The translations under genes and the position numbers were made by a program. Below, piece by piece: positions 57,940 through 64,000 of a stretch of 64,000 bases of DNA. The stretch spans positions 8,494,001 to 8,558,000 of the forward strand of contig CATNEN010000039.1 in NCBI GenBank assembly GCA_950097015.1, written 5' to 3'. Position 1 is the first letter of the stretch. Every line of letters starts with the position of its first letter. Under the pieces are notes generated by a model. That model was not told the DNA's origin. It did no database searches and worked only from the letters and a program-made list of their open reading frames with translations. This stretch comes from Macrostomum hystrix. Its lineage: Eukaryota > Animalia > Platyhelminthes.

Positions 57940-60900
57940 TCAGGCCCTGGCTTCTATGCAGAGTACAACCAGACGAGAGTCGCAGGCGATCTCCAGGCCC
58001 GTCTGAAGCAGCCGGCCCGAGCCCAGGTTGGTTGCGAGTCCGCGCCTGAGCAGGCTGCGGCTGAAGAAGCCGTCACAATCCGGCCAGCCGCGCTCCCGAT
58101 GTCGCAGGCCGCGCCAGGCGAGAATCTCGGAGCTGACAAATGCGAGGAGAATAAATGTACAGACACAGCTCCAGACTAGCTCACTAACTGGTGCCCTTAT
58201 TTACTAGCTAGTGTCTTCATCTACTAATCGAGAATACGAGTCCCAGAAATAAATATTTTCATTCAAAGCAGGGCCATTGAGTATACTCACACTCCGCGAT
58301 GCTCAGACCATTGCGACAGATTCCTGCCCGTGAAGTCCTGAAGCTGCACAGCGCTGCTCCAGGCGCCTCGGCTGAGCATATCGTCGTAGCTGTCAAACAG
58401 CTTCTGGTTCTGCGAGGGCAAGCAGCAAGTTTTATTGCAGTAAAAAAACTACTCCTAGATTCTCCTTTCTCCTTTGTTTCCCTGCAGTCCCATCGCGCCC
58501 TTTGAACCCATAGGCCCACCCCCTTGGCTCTGGTTTATCATACGAGTACGTATTTAACGTTCTTTATTTTGTACGCTCGTAGCCAACAGTAACAGGGGGT
58601 GAGGGTCCCTGAAAAAAATATAACTGTAGGAGGGCTGTGGACAACGGCACATCATTTTGTGACACTAGACCTGCAGCCAGCGAGGAGGCAACTCTGTCCG
58701 TTCCGCTATTGCGCTGACTCCTGAGCACACAAGCTCACAGATACCGTAACACAGGTGTGTACATCTGCCCTGACTTTCTTATCGTCAGGCAGTTGTCACT
58801 CTCACTGTGCCATGGAGGTTGGCCCAAGGACCACTAGGAGTAGAAGGACGGAAAAGGACGTTTCTTAGAAAAAAACTAGCAAGTTTTGCCGCCCTTCGGG
58901 GAGCAGGAAATATTTTTAATTCGTCTAGTATATACTTTTTAGCAGCTGTATTTTCAGCTTTTTAAAGCTACAATGATCCCCTGTTGACAATGATCCCCCA
59001 GTCGACAATGATTCCCCAGTTGACAATGATCCCCCAATTGATGATGATCACCCAGTTGACAATCATCCCCCAGTTGATGATGATCCCCCAGCTGACCATG
59101 ATCCCCCAGTTGAAAATGGTCCCCCAGTTGATGATGATCCCCCAGCTGACAATGATCACCCAGTTGACAATGATCCCCCAGTTGACAATGATCCCCAAGT
59201 TGACCATGATCCCCAAGTTGACAATGATCCCCCATTGATGATGATCCCCAGTTGACAATGATCCCCCAGCTGACCATGATCCCCCCATTTGCTGATGACT
59301 CCCCATTGATGATGATCCCCAGTTGACAATGGTCTCCCAGTTAATGATGATCACCCAGTTGACAATGATCCTATGGAGATAGGAAATCCGTACATATCCG
59401 TATCCGTACATTGTGTGCAAGTGTGCGTGCCTAATGGCATCTGTGTGTCACAGTCCTGCAACTATCATAATATTCGCTTATTATAGTAGTAAGTTAGTTC
59501 TAATTAGCACAGCTAATATTAGCCAACGGCACCAAATATTTCACACGGGCCCAAACTTACATAAAAGTTAACAATGGGCAGTGAGCTCCTCTGCTCAGGC
59601 AGAACCAGCGTCTCCAGACTGCTATACAACCCGTTGACGAATGCCCTGAAGTGGGCCTTCGTTCCCCTGCCTACTCCGTTTGTGCGCACGAGTCCGGGAG
59701 CGCTCGCCGCCTGCTGGCACGCGTAGTCCGCGGCCAGGATACTGTGGGCTCCCTTGTACTTCAGATCGCCGTAGAGCTTGAACGGTAGGGCAACCAGGCG
59801 AAGCTGAAAATGATTGCAGTCAGTTTTGTCAATGAAATCTGAGTTGAGTTCCAGTTTTTCAGCTCCATCATTTATTATCTGGAGTTCATTAGTTTATGAC
59901 TATAACGCAGCTGCTTTACCTAAATTGCTCTAAACCCTTGTGCCATATCTGTCAAAAAACTGACCTTCGGTCCAGTGACAGTCAAGGGTCGATGATTCGC
60001 CGGCTCAGCCTGCGTTGGAACCGCCGTGCTTGTTGAGGTCTGAGGATTGGAATTGTCAGACTAATTTGATGTAGACGCAGAGGTGTGTGATCTAATAACC
60101 TCTCTTTTCTAATGGACTCCGAATAGATCTGGTTCGGTGCTAATGTCGGTTAAAGTTGTTACCGCTCACCGGAAAGGCCATATTTATCTGACTCCCGCCG
60201 ATTAAAATTTCCATCCATGAGTTGCGCGAAAAGTCCGTTTTCAAGTAGAACAAATTCCTATCCTTTAGGTAAACCAGGGCGCCCTCCTCCAGTGTGTGAC
60301 TGATCTCAGTGAACGCATTGTTGCTAGTGATGACTCTCTGAAAGTTTCAAATTAGTTCTTTGTTCAATGAACTTTGGCACAACTTAGGACAAAGAAAATA
60401 AGCCAAAATCACGCTTTCAGTTGGTCGGCTTTGCTCTCTTTGACATTCGCCGGTTTTCAATTTTACACAGATTCGATACTTCACCAGTCTGTCTACTCAC
60501 TACACAGCCTAGCATCGATGGCGGTGGAGGCGCTTGTTGTGCCAATCTCCCAGTGTCCACGCATGAGCAAGGCGCTCCTGGTTCGCCTCTGGCACCCTTG
60601 GCTGCCGGTTCTCCGGCAGGTCCAACTGGCCCAGACGGACCAATGGGCCCCGGAGAGCCATCGGGTCCTGTGGGTCCCCGAGTTCCTGGAATACCTTGGT
60701 CACCACGATCACCTTTGTCTCCTTTGTCTCCTCTGACCACCGATGAAATGTCGCTTGATCCAATGCGATTTGTCACTTCACCGGGAGGTCCCGAAGGCCC
60801 AGGTTCACCCCGAGGTCCTGGTTCGCCTGGAGGACCCGGGTCTCCGGAACGACCCTTCGTACCTGAAGGTCCGGTTTCACCTTTAGCACCAGGAAGGCCG

Positions 60901-62982
60901 TTCGGCCCAGCGGGACCTGGTTCCCCTTTTGGTCCACTGCTACCGGGCATTCCCCAGGGCCCTGCTGGACCTGTCTCGCCCTTCGGTCCCATCGGTCCAG
61001 GCTCGCCTTTGGGTCCCCTAGGTCCCATTTCTCCTCGTGGGCCTACAGGACCTAAATCTCCTCTCTGCCCAGGTCGACCTGGTTCTCCTTTGTTTCCCTG
61101 TAGTCCCATCGCACCCTCTGGACCCACAGGCCCCGGCTCCCCCTTAGCTCCGGTCTGGGCAGTGGGCAGCGGCTGCAGCTCCAGTCCGCGGTCTTTGCCT
61201 CCAGAGGTGCCTCCGGCTGAGCACATCTCGGCACAGACGCCGGGGAGGCCCGGCGATCCAGGGTCGCCCTGAAAAAAAATAGTTTCCTTGGCAACTCATG
61301 TCAATCAGGTTAGATACAACTACATATATAAAAGAAACCCACAGCTCACTTATTCACATCCGAGGACACAAGAATAATGCTTTAAATTAACAGGTACCGA
61401 TGATAACTGCAAGTTCCTGGATAAGCATTCCTGCACGTTAGGCAGGAATCATCAGAAAGCAAGAGTTCAACTGGCATGAATTAGCTACCAGTGACGTACC
61501 TTCTCGCCTTTGAAATTTATCTGCGATGGAGTCGCGACAGTCGTTCTCCAACTGCCGGCAAAGCTGATGGTCGAGCTAGGCTCAGTTGGCAGCCAGTCAA
61601 TCGGCGGCGAGATGTCACCCGACGACGAGGCAGAAGAAAAGTCCGGAGTTAGCACAGGTGGCGCCGCTGGCGGTTCTGCGGTGATCGTAGGAGCTGCATG
61701 GCTGCTGTTGAGTTCTGCCTGGCACTTCAGCCGCTGTCTCAGGATGTGCTCTGGCAGCGGACTCGCCAAGACAAAACGCGAGATATCGCCCTAGTGACGT
61801 TCAAAGCAAATACTTTTGTCAGCTGCGAGTAAAATAATTAAGGAGGCAGCTTCGATAGATGGACAGAAAATAAAGATCGAAAAATATAGATAGAAATTCT
61901 ACCTAGACCAGTAGGGGCAGATGTGCATCCAACGGCGCTTCCCAAGTCTGTGTACAGCTAGCTGTTCAGCCAGTCTACTGGGAAGGCCTCAGCACCCAAG
62001 CTCTAATCCAGTTGATGCTCCTTCCTATTTTTACAGTGAAGTGAAGCACTAGGTAGTTACTAACCAAATTTCTAACCGCTGGGCTACTAGTTCCCCTGAT
62101 CCATGAAGCCAGAGCAAGCTAATGGTCTCACGTGAAAGAAGTTCCCGTAGCCATCAGACAGCAGGTGGAGGGTCGATCCAACTGGAAACTGGATCTGGTG
62201 CTGTGCAGTGCTTCCATGGTTACGCAACATTTCACTGTACTCCGGGTTGCCAGACCAAAACTTTTCCCTGAAATCGGATAAAAACGATATTACTTTTAAT
62301 TCTCGCACTATCTACATATTTTCACATTTTGTATTGTACAAAACCTAACAGGATAGTGTGCAAAAACACTCCACAACTCCAGATCTCACCCTGGACACCA
62401 AAATTCGTAGCTTAGCCTGCTGCCGTCTAGGTAAAGATAAAATTTTATCCACGACACGCCCGATCGAAATTCTGGCTGCAAATCGGTGAGAACAGCGACT
62501 GGACGCGGCAATGACTTTTCAGCGGCGGAAACTGCACCTGTCATTGCCTCGTACCACAGACGCATCTCCAGGCGTCGTTGAGCTCCTGGATGCAACGCAG
62601 TAGTTGAGTAGTCTAAACGGAATCGAAAGCGTCCATCTGGTCCTCGAACCGCCAAAAAAGTTCCGTTCTCGCGTTCAGGACGAAACACTAGGACGATCGT
62701 AAGTTGACGAGGCAGAGCGAGGCCAACTGTCAGCTGCTCCAACGGAAGACTAAGTCGAACGTCACGATCGATTCGCCATGCTGTGGCGGGTCGCGGAGCT
62801 GGTGACGCATATCCCGCCAACAGGCTGCCTAGATCGCGATAGTATTTGGAAGGCCTCGCAAATATGGATGCCGGCGGTAGCGGTGGCTCTACATCGCCAG
62901 AGATTTCTTCAGCAAGATGCGGTGTCGAAATTGACAAGAAGCAAAACAGGAGAATTGTCCGCTGACCTTGCAGAGACGTCAT
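57940..62982 (-). CDS. COL18A1: Collagen XV/XVIII (multiplexin): SP-TSPN/LamG-collagen-trimerization-endostatin; exons 62982-62390, 62267-62132, 61790-61500, 61268-60501, 60337-60170, 60039-59965, 59803-59561, 58409-58291, 58132-57940; 861 aa
   Basis: Gly-X-Y runs; trimerization domain [22 protein letters not shown]; endostatin [45 protein letters not shown]. All introns are GT-AG and in frame (2586 nt). Confidence 0.92.
58456..58620 (-). pseudogene. Degenerate duplicate of the 5' part of the collagen Gly-X-Y exon inside a downstream intron
   Basis: 58467-58535 aligns with 61083-61155; 58603-58620 resembles the acceptor at 61261-61281. Confidence 0.7.
58622..58830 (-). mobile_element. SINE family B, 5'-truncated (intronic)
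   Basis: Reverse complement of the family B body and tail (gtcagggcagatgtacacacctgtg; tgcctcctcgctggctgc). Confidence 0.82.
58970..59371. repeat. 18-bp intronic minisatellite (CCCCAGTTGACAATGATC)n
   Basis: About 22 variant units. Confidence 0.95.
61905..62000 (-). mobile_element. Degenerate SINE family A 3' fragment
   Basis: Reverse complement contains ctgaacagc and gcacatctgccc, shared with family A. Confidence 0.45.
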
Positions 62983-64000
62983 CACGTGCCCGTATCGGTG
63001 GTTAAACGAGCTTGATCAGAGCTTAATCATTGCGCCGCACATTTTACCTAACAAACGATAGCACAATAATAATAGATAATGAAATCTTACTATCTATTAT
63101 ATAGTCGCCGAAAAATAAAAGTGTGTAATATAACTCGCATTGTAGTTGCGAGTATCAAACCATGCAGTGGGACACCTGTGTTTAGTCCAATGGTAAGCGA
63201 TTGAGAATCAAAAACGAAAGCTGCGAGGAGTCGACTTGGGCAATGAGCGCGCGGCGGGACAGAAGAGAAAATTCAATGCAGGAGGCGGAGCTATAGGTCG
63301 ACTTGAGCAGGCGTTTTACTGGATGTCTGGGTCGCTGTGTGGTCGGTCTGACCTCGCGGCGACCTGTACCCCCGAGCTCTTTTGGGGTGACGAGGCTGGC
63401 CGAGAGCGAAGCGCGGAAAAAGCAAGACGAATGACGTGAGAGACAAAGAGAGAGAGCTCAAAGAATCTGACTAAGTGCTTACACCGAGCTAAACATTTTT
63501 ATGGCTAAGACAATCTAGCGCACACAGTCTATAGCGCAGCTATGAGTAAAGGAAGTGCAGGGTATGAGCTGCGCACTATGCGTGCTTTTATTAGTGGAAT
63601 CTGAGCTCACCGAATCCTGCGGTCGGGAGGTGGACGCCAGAATGAAAGCAATTAGTCGTAAGACCTGGGACGGCGAATAAAATGGCGCTTAGAGTGAGCA
63701 AGCTCTAATAAAAAACTGCTTCGCTCCTACAGTGTACTCACGAATTACTTCTTTTACTGATTTCGTTCTCTCTCTTGTCGTCTGGCTTCTAGCCGTTAGC
63801 GATAACCATGTAGATTTAGTTGACTGACATGTCACTACTATATTTTCAGTTTTTTTCAATCTTAAATCTCGTGAAATCTTATCACCGTTCACCTTTAGTG
63901 AGCGTGTTTAAGGTCTGTTTTAAGTACAAGCAATCTTCGGTTAGAAAAAGCCTGTACAAATTTCAGACAGGACTAGCCACTTCGTTGGCAGTGCTAGCTT

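Noticed and set aside
60421-61272. Plus-strand 283-aa Gly/Pro-rich ORF
   Set aside because: Antisense shadow of the Gly-Pro codons of the minus-strand collagen exon.
61282-61295. X-box-like GTTTCCTTGGCAAC
   Set aside because: It lies in a collagen intron next to an acceptor, not near a plausible ciliary-gene start.

Overview
Intron-containing animal genomic DNA. Short GT-AG introns, dense minisatellites, tRNA-derived SINEs and the gene content suggest a flatworm such as Macrostomum; this is inference only. In order, the window holds: (1) a decayed Ty3/Gypsy element (~3.9-9.65 kb, -) interrupted by a 5'-truncated RNase H-bearing LINE with a 12-bp target-site duplication; (2) a long-TIR foldback element nested in an older repeat (13.47-14.35 kb); (3) a three-exon NR1J/HR96/DAF-12-like nuclear receptor (+), whose second intron is almost entirely a minisatellite of splice-acceptor-like units; (4) a hypothetical membrane protein (-); (5) a ~19.4-kb, roughly 4,200-aa polycystin-1-like gene (-) with an unusual ectodomain (discoidin, C-type lectin and fibrinogen-like domains, PKD repeats, REJ), a degenerate GPS and an upstream RFX X-box; (6) a four-exon insulin receptor substrate (PH-PTB) with no YxxM motif; (7) a possible 81-aa gene; (8) a compact nine-exon collagen XV/XVIII (multiplexin) gene (-). 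Two SINE families, one MITE family and seven minisatellites are dispersed through the window. Exon boundaries were derived by hand from splice signals and frame continuity. No database search was run.
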